From a virus (taxonomy: Duplodnaviria > Caudoviricetes): DNA of 38,407 nt. The stretch is taken from positions 1 through 38,407 of the IMG/VR virus record IMGVR_UViG_3300017988_000959; one strand, written 5' to 3'. Below are positions 18,858-27,789 of this stretch, piece by piece. The notes beneath the pieces are model-generated. The model did no database searches and had not been told where the DNA came from. It saw only the letters and a list, made by a program, of their open reading frames with translations. The position numbers and the translations under genes were made by a program. Position 1 is the first letter of the stretch. The number at the start of each line of letters is the position of its first letter.

Positions 18858-19331
18858 TTAGTTTGAGTTTGATTGGATTCCGGCAGGGACTAGCTGACGG
18901 GCCTTGAGAGTGACAAAGTAGGAAACGTAGGTGACGTTTCCCGAACTGACGGGTCCGGGTGGAGCGAGCGTTGAAGCTAAGACTCCTCCATTCGCCGTTC
19001 CTTGAAGCGTAGCATCGTTGTCGAACTCGTCGAGTACCGCGTCGATGAGCGATTCGAGGTAGGTCGGATCGTTCGCGGGCATGTTTTCCGGTGTCGTGAC
19101 GATAAGGAGAAGCCACGTATATTCCCGAAGGTTGCTCGCCTGATCCTCATAATCCGAGGTGGAAACGTCGGGAGCGGTCAAAACGGCGCACGGAAAGCCC
19201 TGAAACACGCGGTCGAACAGGCTCTGCTTCGATCCGTCGTCAACGACATAGGATTTCAGAACGCCGGAAGTGACAAGACCCTGAAGGTCGGTCACGATGG
19301 CATTTTTCATATTTTGAGCAAAGGTGTTCAT
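18858..19331 (-). CDS. Tail terminator / completion protein
   Basis: FPCAVL...FDNDATLQG pattern and synteny. Confidence 0.65.
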   Translation of the reverse strand: MNTFAQNMKNAIVTDLQGLVTSGVLKSYVVDDGSKQSLFDRVFQGFPCAVLTAPDVSTSDYEDQASNLREYTWLLLIVTTPENMPANDPTYLESLIDAVLDEFDNDATLQGTANGGVLASTLAPPGPVSSGNVTYVSYFVTLKARQLVPAGIQSNSN

Positions 19332-19335
19332 GTTT

Positions 19336-19803
19336 TTATGCTGCTTGTGCGGCGATCGCCGTGGTTATTTTGTCTCCGGCCTGCCCGAACAGGGTATTGA
19401 TCTCCGGCTGTGCGGACTGAATGATCCTTTCGATGAAGGGATTTGCCTTCGTACCAGGATGATGGACGATCTTTCCGAATATCTCTCCGGTCTGCGTGTT
19501 GGCGAGGACTTTCGCGCTCTTCGCCTGAATCACATGGGGTGCGGTTCCGAACTCGACGAATGATGCATAGTTGGCGTTCGGAAACCAGCGTGCGACAAGC
19601 TGGGCGATCTGCAATGTCCAGTTGTGGACGAGGTTGCCCGTCTTTACGGGAACCGTCGCGCCGGTCGTGTATTTTCCGAGAATGGCTCCTGCCGCGCTTA
19701 TCGCGCTCTGAACGATCGGCGTTGCGATCGAAGGATATTGGGAAAGCGCCGCCTGAAGTTTCGGAAGGTTGGGAATGGTTACAGAAAATGATGTGTCTGC
19801 CAT
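19336..19803 (-). CDS. HK97 gp10-like neck protein
   Basis: VPVKTGNL, YASFVEFGT, and VHHPGTKANPF. Confidence 0.85.
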   Translation of the reverse strand: MADTSFSVTIPNLPKLQAALSQYPSIATPIVQSAISAAGAILGKYTTGATVPVKTGNLVHNWTLQIAQLVARWFPNANYASFVEFGTAPHVIQAKSAKVLANTQTGEIFGKIVHHPGTKANPFIERIIQSAQPEINTLFGQAGDKITTAIAAQAA

Positions 19804-19809
19804 TGAAGT

Positions 19810-20676
19810 TTAGAAAATGTTTCCGACGCGCGTATATCTTTGAATGGTATCGAGGTCCATCTTGTCGAGGTCGTCTTTCCATGTGGTCGTCGCGCCTTGG
19901 ATCGCTTCGCTCGTCTTTCCATCCACTGGAAGCCGCTTGAATATCCTGACCGCAACGTTCTCGCAGGTATTTGAAAGGTCGGTCGGGAGCTGGTGGGTCG
20001 ATCCGTCTCCAGCGTTGGTAAAGTCAACCGGAAAGCCGGCTACGTAGGTCGCGCGGAGCATGTTATTGTAGATTCTTGGCATGACCCCATAGACCCTGAT
20101 GATTCCCGAATAGCCCTGCTGGTCAAGCTCGAACTGATCGGTAATGAAATCGGTCCATGTCGGATTTGATGGGGTTCCTGCGCGCCACTGGAACTTGATG
20201 AGGCCTGAAATCTCGAACGAAACCCCTGTCTGCGTTGCCTGAGCGGGCTGGCTCATCGTGACGCTGTTTCCCGAAACCGATGCGACGGTCGTTCCCTGCG
20301 GGAAAAGCCCCGTGATCCCATAGAGCGGCATACCTGCGACGATGCCGACGCTCGGCGTGACGTTCTGGACGGTCGGAGAACCCTGCGTCAAATCTCCCGT
20401 GACGATGAGGTAGGCGACGGGAGCGTTCCGTAAAATGAGATATTCCTGCTTTGTTCCCCTGACGCTGTAAACCTCATTTACGTACTTCTTTTGGACGAAA
20501 TGCCCATCATTCGGAAACCGCTCCATCCCTGACTTGCCGCACGCCCGTTCGATGAGGTCGGTTGCGGCGTTGATGACGCGGGTAAGAACCGCGTCTGATT
20601 GCGTGTTCGAAATCTGGAGCCGTGCTTTGACGCGGTCCAGCGTGGTCAATGCGTATGGGGATAGTGATTCTGGCAT
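19810..20676 (-). CDS. Head-tail adaptor (gp6-like) with an inserted beta domain
   Basis: Start MPESLSPYALTTLDRVKARL at 20676. INAATDLIE, TYVAGF, and LPTDL. Confidence 0.8.
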   Translation of the reverse strand: MPESLSPYALTTLDRVKARLQISNTQSDAVLTRVINAATDLIERACGKSGMERFPNDGHFVQKKYVNEVYSVRGTKQEYLILRNAPVAYLIVTGDLTQGSPTVQNVTPSVGIVAGMPLYGITGLFPQGTTVASVSGNSVTMSQPAQATQTGVSFEISGLIKFQWRAGTPSNPTWTDFITDQFELDQQGYSGIIRVYGVMPRIYNNMLRATYVAGFPVDFTNAGDGSTHQLPTDLSNTCENVAVRIFKRLPVDGKTSEAIQGATTTWKDDLDKMDLDTIQRYTRVGNIF

Positions 20677-20743
20677 GTTTCCGAGGGGTAAAACCCTCGC
20701 TTCATGGCCCCTATAAGAGAGGCCATGCCTGCGAAGGTTCGAA

Positions 20744-21199
20744 CTACGTGTTCGAAACCTGTGTGGTGACAGGGAGCTGCTGGGCAGGACCGCCGAGAAC
20801 GATCTCGGCAAAGCCGAGGATCGCCGGAGTGGTGCCGCCAGTGAACGCCGGCGTGATGACCGCCCGAAGGTATCGTTTCCGATTAAGGCCGAGGCCTTCG
20901 ATGCGGGCCACGTTGTCCGCCGCTGTCGAAAGGCAGTTCAGCGTGAACCCGATGACGACACCCGTGTTATCGAGTGCGTTCGCCCAGTTCGTGCTGCCGT
21001 CAGCCGACTCTTGGAGAGTCACCGCAAGCGCTGCCGCCGACGGTGTGCCGGATGCTACCGCGCCATAGGCGTGCAGTTCCGCATCCGTGTACCCTTGCGT
21101 ATCGACTGCCGGAGTTCCGTCCACGGCTGTTGAGCCGGAAAGGGACTGCGGGGCGACGCTCACGGCCGCTTTGATGCTGTCATAAATGCTTCCGCGCAT
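20744..21199 (-). CDS. Capsid decoration/cement-like protein
   Basis: Directly after the MCP. VTLQESADG and KRYLRAVIT. Confidence 0.65.
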   Translation of the reverse strand: MRGSIYDSIKAAVSVAPQSLSGSTAVDGTPAVDTQGYTDAELHAYGAVASGTPSAAALAVTLQESADGSTNWANALDNTGVVIGFTLNCLSTAADNVARIEGLGLNRKRYLRAVITPAFTGGTTPAILGFAEIVLGGPAQQLPVTTQVSNT

Positions 21200-21348
21200 T
21201 TGAATGGTTTATGGCCCCTGCTTTCCTTCGACTTTGATCGGAAAGGATGAAACTTGCGTTTCAACGGGCGGTTTATATGAATCTCATAACCCCATCCGCT
21301 CCGGCTCGCGCTTAGGAATGAACGCAAGCCGGAAACGGGAAAAGCTAA

Positions 21349-22569
21349 CTATGCCTTGGTATAGACCACGGTGAAAGCTTTGGGGAGCACGACCACGAGA
21401 GCGTGGCGATGCTTGTAGACAATACCCGTCTGGTCGCTCAAGCCGAGTTCTTTCCCGGCCCAAACGCCTGACTGGAAATTGCCGACGCGCATATCGCCCT
21501 TGTCGCCGAACGCCACTGCCTTCATGTTTCCGAAGATCATGAAAGCTTTGCCGTTCTGCACACTGTCGGTCGTTGCAGGAAGCCAGCGGTTGGTGAAAAC
21601 CGGGAAGCCTCCCATGTTGCCTGCCTTGATGATCGGGCCGCCGAGCGGGTTCTTTTCGAGCCCAGCTTCGTTCTGACCCAATGCACCGAAGAACAGGAAC
21701 GGAAGACCGGATGTCGATGCTTCCTGTGAAGCAATTGCCGCCCAAACGGTGCGGTGCATGTACCATGCACAGCCGTCGAGGACGGATTCCTCCATGGTCG
21801 CAATGACGTTCTGGGTATCCTTGATCGGGTCGAACGACGCATACGTTGTTCCAGAAAGCGTATACGTGTTCACGCCGGTCGTGTTCATGATGCCAGTGAA
21901 AGGTCCCGGAGCGGTCGTTGAACCGCCGATGAACCCTTGCTGGTCGATCATGTTCGCCAACGCCTCGCCTGCCATCGCAAGGAGCCAGTCGCCGAGCTGT
22001 ACGGAGGCATCGGCCAAAAGGTCGTTGCCAACGACAAACGGGAGCTGCCACTTGCGGGCAATGAGGACGGCCTGGCCGAAGGTCAAGCCCTGCACGGTCG
22101 AGGGGATGTCCACGCCGACGTACTGTCCAGTGAGGAAGGCACCCGTGTAATTCGGGATACCCAACTCGTCGGTCTTCATCGGCCAGTTCTGCGCTTGGCG
22201 CAAAACGGTGCCGACGGAAGCCGCAATACGGAGGATCGCTGATGCGATCTCCGGCTGGACGAGATAGCCGCCGCGGTTATCCTGTTCCTCGATGAGCGGT
22301 TCGTTCGCTTTGGTGACGCGGACCGCCTTGGACTCATGTCCCTTGTAGGCCGCTACCACCTGCGCTGCGAAGTCCTTTTTCTGTTCGCCGGTCAAACCCG
22401 TGATGTCGTATCCTTTGACGGACCGCTCCACGAGCATGGCTTCGACGACAGAACGCGCGTTCTTCACAGAGATGTCGTTCATCGTAGGGACGAGCTGCTT
22501 CTCCATGAAGTCGTTGAAACCCTCAGAAACGGTCTTTGAAACCGCTCCCAAGATTTCGTCTTTTTCCAT
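21349..22569 (-). CDS. Major capsid protein, HK97 fold
   Basis: GGYLVQPE, NDLLADA, WYMH, GGFPVF, IFGNM, and PKAF. Confidence 0.95.
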   Translation of the reverse strand: MEKDEILGAVSKTVSEGFNDFMEKQLVPTMNDISVKNARSVVEAMLVERSVKGYDITGLTGEQKKDFAAQVVAAYKGHESKAVRVTKANEPLIEEQDNRGGYLVQPEIASAILRIAASVGTVLRQAQNWPMKTDELGIPNYTGAFLTGQYVGVDIPSTVQGLTFGQAVLIARKWQLPFVVGNDLLADASVQLGDWLLAMAGEALANMIDQQGFIGGSTTAPGPFTGIMNTTGVNTYTLSGTTYASFDPIKDTQNVIATMEESVLDGCAWYMHRTVWAAIASQEASTSGLPFLFFGALGQNEAGLEKNPLGGPIIKAGNMGGFPVFTNRWLPATTDSVQNGKAFMIFGNMKAVAFGDKGDMRVGNFQSGVWAGKELGLSDQTGIVYKHRHALVVVLPKAFTVVYTKA

Positions 22570-22592
22570 CTGATTCTGTTGTTGGAATAGGT

Positions 22593-24758
22593 CTAGCTGT
22601 TCGAAGAGTGGACTTTCTTGATCTTTTCGTTGATCTGTCGAAGAGCACCTTCCGAAGCAGTTTTGACCTGCCTCACGAGCCGCTGGGTGAAGAGATAGGT
22701 CTCCAGTTCAGAGTTTGCTCCTGAGGTGCTCGACCTTGAGTTCGGGGCCGTGACGGACTTCTCGTCCGTCTTCGGTTCCTCCCCTCCGTCGCCCGAGGCT
22801 GATATTGCCTTGAGGGCCGCGGTTATCTCGTCGATTGCTTTCCCATGCTCCGTGTGGTGATCTTCAAGCGCCTTGATGATCGCCTTCAGCTTGTCTTGAT
22901 TGGCCGCCGAAATGGCGCGGCCGGACTTCGTCCTTCCTTCCTGCACGTACTTCGCGACAAGGCCGGAATACTTCTTATCTTCATGGCCTTCCGCTTCTTC
23001 TTCCGCGTCGGATTCCTCTTGTTCGTTCTTTGCGTAGGCCTGAATGAGTTCGATGGCTTCCGCAATAAGCTCGAAGAAGCTCTCGACGGGCGATTCGCAG
23101 TAAGCATTACAGAACGCATACATCACGGTCATGACGTAGTTCATGCGCTCGTTCTTCTCGCGGTCTTCCGCGCCCTGCATGAATTCGTCCTCAACCACGC
23201 CCTTCTTCTCTTTCTTTCCTTCCTTGCCTTCCTTGCCATCTTCCTCGCCTTCGCCGAATTCGTCCTTGCACATATCCATGTGCGCTTTCTCATGGCGGTC
23301 AAGCTCATCGCTTGCCGATTTCGTATACTCGTCGATAGCTTTCTTGCGCTTATCTTTCGCGCCGTCCTCACCGTCATCCGGCCACGCCTTCTTCATCTCG
23401 GAATGCGCTTTGTCAAACGCCTTGACGTGCTTCAAGTGCTCGGCTTTGATGACCGATTTGAACTCGTCAATGGACTTGTTCGGCTCGCGTCCCATCGTCT
23501 CGTACGTGTCGTCGATGGCCTTCATGCACTTCTCAAGGTGATCAGCGTGCTCGCCGTCGATGGCATCCTTGAATTCTTCGATGGACTTCTCGTACTCGGA
23601 ATTGTCGTTGGCCTCGGACTTTCCTTCCGTGGCTCCTTCCTCGTCGGAGACCGCCTTCTTCTCGAATTCGTCGATTGCTTTGCCGACGGACTTCTGGTGC
23701 CGGTCGTGCTCTGCTTTTAAGTTTTTAATGAGTTCGTTGTTCATATCGCTGTCTTCTGATTTATTTTTCTCGGGAACGCAGACCATTTCGCCAGGATTCT
23801 TCGGGTCATCTGCCAGCACTCCTGGTGTTTCGTCGTCGAGTTGGCAGGTGTCGCCGATCTCTGGCGACTTCTCCGATTTTTCTTCCCACGGGGGAGTCTT
23901 GCCGAACGCCGCATAATGCTTGGCAAGGTGCGCCTTCACGGCCGCTACATCCTTGTCGGGAATTGACACTCCCCCGCGAGCGCCACTAAGGGCTGCTCCT
24001 GCTGCTGATACGCCTTTCCAGACCGCCTTGAGGTCTGAGGCTCTATGATGGGGGAGTTTGTAAGAAGACTTCACGTCGGCGTTCTCTGAATCGAACCACG
24101 CGCATATCTTCTTCAGCTTTTCGATGTCATCGCCGCATTCTTTGACCTCCGCCGGGCCGTCCCATGCGGTATCTTCATCAGCCGTTCCGTAGTCGTGATA
24201 GGGAACTGCGCCTTTCGTCTCATAGAAAAATCCCTTGGTCACAAGATCGCCGGTCGAAACACCCAATATGCCCACTTGCCGTAGCGAGAGAGCATAACGT
24301 CCTGCCGGCACGGGGCAGAAGCTGACCTCCAAAAGCTCGCGTGTGCCGTCGTCGTTCTGGATATAGCCAGGAGAAACGGCCCGAAGGATCTTCTCCTGAT
24401 AGAGCGAGCACGCCATGTCGGCGTCGGGATTGATCCCCTTCGGGGCGAACTTTCCGGTCGCAACGGACTTGTCACCCTGCGTCTTGATGTCGGTGATGAT
24501 GCCGATCGGGAAGCTGGAATAGTTATGCGCCCAGAGGACGACGGGATTCAGATTGAAATACTTGAGGTCCCACATCGACTGGTCGAGCGAATCGCCCTGC
24601 CGGTCTTCGTCTGCCGTGCTGAAAACGACCTCGAACGTTCGATCGTCGGAAGCATCGTCTTTCGTCTGCTTCACAAAATCCGCGATCGGCTGAGATGCGA
24701 ATTTCGCCTTGAGGTCAAGGGCTAACTGTTTTGAAAATTGTTTGAGTGCTTCATCCAT
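22593..24758 (-). CDS. Prohead protease fused to an accessory domain and a long acidic/His-rich scaffold-like region
   Basis: STADEDRQGD, NPVVLWAHNY, AVSPGY, and ELLEVSFCPVPA in the first ~160 aa. Confidence 0.9.
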   Translation of the reverse strand: MDEALKQFSKQLALDLKAKFASQPIADFVKQTKDDASDDRTFEVVFSTADEDRQGDSLDQSMWDLKYFNLNPVVLWAHNYSSFPIGIITDIKTQGDKSVATGKFAPKGINPDADMACSLYQEKILRAVSPGYIQNDDGTRELLEVSFCPVPAGRYALSLRQVGILGVSTGDLVTKGFFYETKGAVPYHDYGTADEDTAWDGPAEVKECGDDIEKLKKICAWFDSENADVKSSYKLPHHRASDLKAVWKGVSAAGAALSGARGGVSIPDKDVAAVKAHLAKHYAAFGKTPPWEEKSEKSPEIGDTCQLDDETPGVLADDPKNPGEMVCVPEKNKSEDSDMNNELIKNLKAEHDRHQKSVGKAIDEFEKKAVSDEEGATEGKSEANDNSEYEKSIEEFKDAIDGEHADHLEKCMKAIDDTYETMGREPNKSIDEFKSVIKAEHLKHVKAFDKAHSEMKKAWPDDGEDGAKDKRKKAIDEYTKSASDELDRHEKAHMDMCKDEFGEGEEDGKEGKEGKKEKKGVVEDEFMQGAEDREKNERMNYVMTVMYAFCNAYCESPVESFFELIAEAIELIQAYAKNEQEESDAEEEAEGHEDKKYSGLVAKYVQEGRTKSGRAISAANQDKLKAIIKALEDHHTEHGKAIDEITAALKAISASGDGGEEPKTDEKSVTAPNSRSSTSGANSELETYLFTQRLVRQVKTASEGALRQINEKIKKVHSSNS

Positions 24759-24978
24759 TCCTTTTGTTTCCGGACTTTCCGGAGGACGGACTTATCTTTG
24801 TTCCCATCATAGGGGTTTGCGAATTGTTGGACATGTGTATAAGTGACCGCGCTTTTACTTGCTTCTTCCGGCAGTCGATGCAGATGGGAGAAAAGACACC
24901 GCGCCGGCGCTTCAGCTTCGTTCCGCACTTGGCGCACCGCACCGAAACGTATTGTGATGATCTGATCCCTTGTTGCAT
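24751..24978 (-). CDS. Small Zn-finger protein
   Basis: CAKC...CIDC. Fills the portal-protease gap. Confidence 0.5.
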   Translation of the reverse strand: MQQGIRSSQYVSVRCAKCGTKLKRRRGVFSPICIDCRKKQVKARSLIHMSNNSQTPMMGTKISPSSGKSGNKRNG

Positions 24979-24981
24979 AGT

Positions 24982-27312
24982 TCAAATGGATACATCCTGC
25001 GGACGAATCATGCAACAACAGGAACAATGTAGGGGCGGATTTTCAACATCGCCGTAATCCATCGTCATGCTTTGCGCGTCATCACCTTCACCAACGGTGA
25101 GCGTGTCTCCTTCGCTAAAGAAATTATCGTCAATCGAAATCGTCTTACCATCCATTGATTGGCAAAGGTCGCATACATTATCCAGTCCGCTCGTGTACCA
25201 GCGGACGGTTTTCACGACGCCGGACTGCTGCCATGCGGACTTCAAAGCACTGTTCGCGGCGCGGAACGATTCGGTCTTCGCTACCGTCGCGGCGCGGCTC
25301 TCGTCGCTCCACTCATACACCTGGTCAACCCGCTTCGTGATGTCCGCAAGGGATTCGCCGTTCTGCAATCCTTCGTTGATATGGTCGGCAAGCGCGTCGA
25401 TGGTCGTCTGCTGGTAGCTCTCGCTCATCTTCTGGACGGAATGTTTTACCGCTTCCTTCAGCGTGTCCGAGAACGTGAATGACGTTCCAACCTCTCCCGC
25501 GCCTTCGTTCGCCTGATGCTCGAAAAGCGTTTCGATGATCGGGAGGGCCGCCGCGGCCGTAACGCCGATCCATTTCGCAATGTCAAAAAGCTTGTCTTTG
25601 TCGATCGCCTTCCCGATGATATTGGAGAGATTTCCGATGACGTCCTTTTTCTGCTCCGCATTGATCTCCTTGACCGCCTTTGCGAGGTCGGTCTCTGCGG
25701 CGTGCGTATAGTCGCTCCATTCCTTCCATCGCGCTTCGTCCTGTTCTTTGGTCGCGGCGAACTTCTTGGTCGGAAAATCGAGGCGCTTCTTGAGGTTGGC
25801 TTTTATCTTTTCGGCAAGGTCGGTCTTCATCTGCTCGCGCTTCTTGGCGAGCGTCTGAAGCTTCGTGCGTGCCGGCCGATAACCGAGCTTCATACTTGGA
25901 GAGACTGCCTTCGCGACGGTCTTTACCGCTTTTGCGTTCGCGTCGTTCTCCGGCTGGGGAGTTGCGTCGCCCGCCCCCTGCGATTCACCGACGGGAACCA
26001 TGGTGCTGGGAGCCATGAGTGTGTCTCCGCCGTCCACCGGCCCTAAGCCGAGATAGTTGTCGCGTCCTTCGTTCGCGGTCATAAGCGGCTGGTCTCCAAC
26101 GGCCGCCTGCATTTCCGTCACGCGGAAAGCTTTGTCCTCCGGAACCGGATCGACGAAGCTCACATACAAGTTGTCTCCGTATCGCGGAACAAGGCGGTTG
26201 TTCAGCGTCGAGCACATCAGCGTCATGTGCGGCTTGACCACTCGTTTTGAGAAGACATAGTCAGCCGTCTCTGCGGTCGATCTGTTCGTATCGCTTTCCG
26301 CCGTGCCCAAAATTGTTCTTGAAACGCCGAACATGGCGAGGATGCGGTCGCGCATGTCCTCGGAAAGATTCCGGAAATCCATGTCCTTCGGGTTCGATCC
26401 GGACGGTGCCCACTTCACGCCTTTCGGCAGAACGCCGATGCGGTTCATGTTGTCTATTCCCGCGTGGGTATCGACAAACCCCATTTTGAGGGAGTCGAGC
26501 TGCGTCTCGGCCATGAAGTCGCTTTCGAGGAATCCTGCCGGCCGCGCGCCGTTCACAAAGAACTTGCGATTGAACTCCTGCGCGTAGTTGTCGTTGTCGA
26601 TGTATTCCGCTCCTGCCTGAACAGGGCTGTATCCCTCGAAGAAGTTCGCGGGGTTCGGCAAACGGAACTGGATGACCTCTTCCGGCTTGAACGCCATCTC
26701 GGTCGTTTCGAGCTGCATCTTGTAGCCGATGATCTGGTACGGCCATGTCCTGCGGTCGATGACCGGATGAACTCTGTCCGGCGGCATGAGGTGAATGGCT
26801 TTCGGCTTGTCCAGCTCTCCGGTGACCCCTTCGAGATACCAATATGCGTTTCCCGTAAGGTCGAGGCAGGCGGACGTGAGGTATTTCATCTCAAGCCCCG
26901 TCATGCTGTCGTTCGGCGCGTCCAAGAGGTCCAAGAGGTCGTGCTGTTTCTTTTCCTCGTTGTCGTCTCCATTGACCTCGAACAGCCGCCAGTCGATGAC
27001 CATGATCTCTCGCGCCTTCGCATTAACGGAGGCGTAGACAAAACCCTTGTTGTTCTCCAATGCGCGCGCGGCGTCAACGGGGCTTCCGCCGGACGGCCGC
27101 TCGACGGCGAAATTATTGCTTCCGCCACTGAACTCGCCGAACTGCACACGTCCGTCTTTCGTCTTCGTGCGGTTGACGACGCCCCACCGCGTTACGACGG
27201 GGCCGCCTTGTTCCTGCTCGAACAGTTCAGGGTCGATGCGAACGGCGATGCCGTGGATCCGGTGAGCCGTCCAACTGAGAGCTTGTTTTGCGTAGAGGGT
27301 GGGGGACTTCAT
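24982..27312 (-). CDS. Portal protein fused to a Mu gpF-like head morphogenesis domain
   Basis: LDLLDAPN, LTGNAYW, GYSPV, FFVNGARP, ILAMFGV and TANEGR (portal). RAATVAKTE, VRWYT, CDLCQSMDG and PPLH (MuF). Confidence 0.92.
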   Translation of the reverse strand: MKSPTLYAKQALSWTAHRIHGIAVRIDPELFEQEQGGPVVTRWGVVNRTKTKDGRVQFGEFSGGSNNFAVERPSGGSPVDAARALENNKGFVYASVNAKAREIMVIDWRLFEVNGDDNEEKKQHDLLDLLDAPNDSMTGLEMKYLTSACLDLTGNAYWYLEGVTGELDKPKAIHLMPPDRVHPVIDRRTWPYQIIGYKMQLETTEMAFKPEEVIQFRLPNPANFFEGYSPVQAGAEYIDNDNYAQEFNRKFFVNGARPAGFLESDFMAETQLDSLKMGFVDTHAGIDNMNRIGVLPKGVKWAPSGSNPKDMDFRNLSEDMRDRILAMFGVSRTILGTAESDTNRSTAETADYVFSKRVVKPHMTLMCSTLNNRLVPRYGDNLYVSFVDPVPEDKAFRVTEMQAAVGDQPLMTANEGRDNYLGLGPVDGGDTLMAPSTMVPVGESQGAGDATPQPENDANAKAVKTVAKAVSPSMKLGYRPARTKLQTLAKKREQMKTDLAEKIKANLKKRLDFPTKKFAATKEQDEARWKEWSDYTHAAETDLAKAVKEINAEQKKDVIGNLSNIIGKAIDKDKLFDIAKWIGVTAAAALPIIETLFEHQANEGAGEVGTSFTFSDTLKEAVKHSVQKMSESYQQTTIDALADHINEGLQNGESLADITKRVDQVYEWSDESRAATVAKTESFRAANSALKSAWQQSGVVKTVRWYTSGLDNVCDLCQSMDGKTISIDDNFFSEGDTLTVGEGDDAQSMTMDYGDVENPPLHCSCCCMIRPQDVSI

Positions 27313-27315
27313 GTA

Positions 27316-27720
27316 TTACGCGGGGATTATTTTTCCGTCCTTGATTTCGAACGAAACTGTGGGAAGGCCGTGAACGCTATCGCGCGAATAAGCGCAAGCG
27401 AGCGGCTTGTCGATGGTCAACGGTTCGATGCTTTCGATCTTGTGGTCTTTGGTCGTAGCGATGGCCTGGTTGCAGTGCGGGCAGTTCATGATGATGGCGT
27501 CGTACTCTGGCCACATGGCTTCGACGATCTGCTTCGTCTCGAACTTCCTGCCGAACCAATGCCATAAGAATCGTTTGAACGTTCCCTTCGGAGGTTCCGA
27601 CGGTATGCGTTCGACGGTGATCTTCGGCGCGCGCTTCGCAACGAAAACGTAATCGCCCGGATGCAAGAGGTCTTCGGAAGCGTTGACGCGCCGCACTTCA
27701 AAAGATTTGAAATCAGACAT
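27316..27720 (-). CDS. Hypothetical Zn-binding protein (possibly DUF6527-like)
   Basis: IIMNCPHC...PLTI...C...FEIKDGKI. Confidence 0.55.
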   Translation of the reverse strand: MSDFKSFEVRRVNASEDLLHPGDYVFVAKRAPKITVERIPSEPPKGTFKRFLWHWFGRKFETKQIVEAMWPEYDAIIMNCPHCNQAIATTKDHKIESIEPLTIDKPLACAYSRDSVHGLPTVSFEIKDGKIIPA

Positions 27721-27740
27721 AGGCGGATATATTTGGCTTC

Positions 27741-27780
27741 ACTATAGGAGATTGGAACAAGTTGTCCAACCTGTGCATAA
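27741..27780 (-). promoter_or_regulatory. DnaA-box-like site (27772-27780) plus promoter for the head genes
   Basis: TTATGCACA-GGT-TGGACA-16 nt-TATAGT. Confidence 0.55.
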
Positions 27781-27789
27781 CTCCAGAAC

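Noticed and set aside
22845-27567. Long + strand ORFs (22845-23720, 26464-27567; likewise 2501-3310 and 12733-13530)
   Set aside because: Antisense shadows of well-supported minus-strand genes, with no recognisable motifs.
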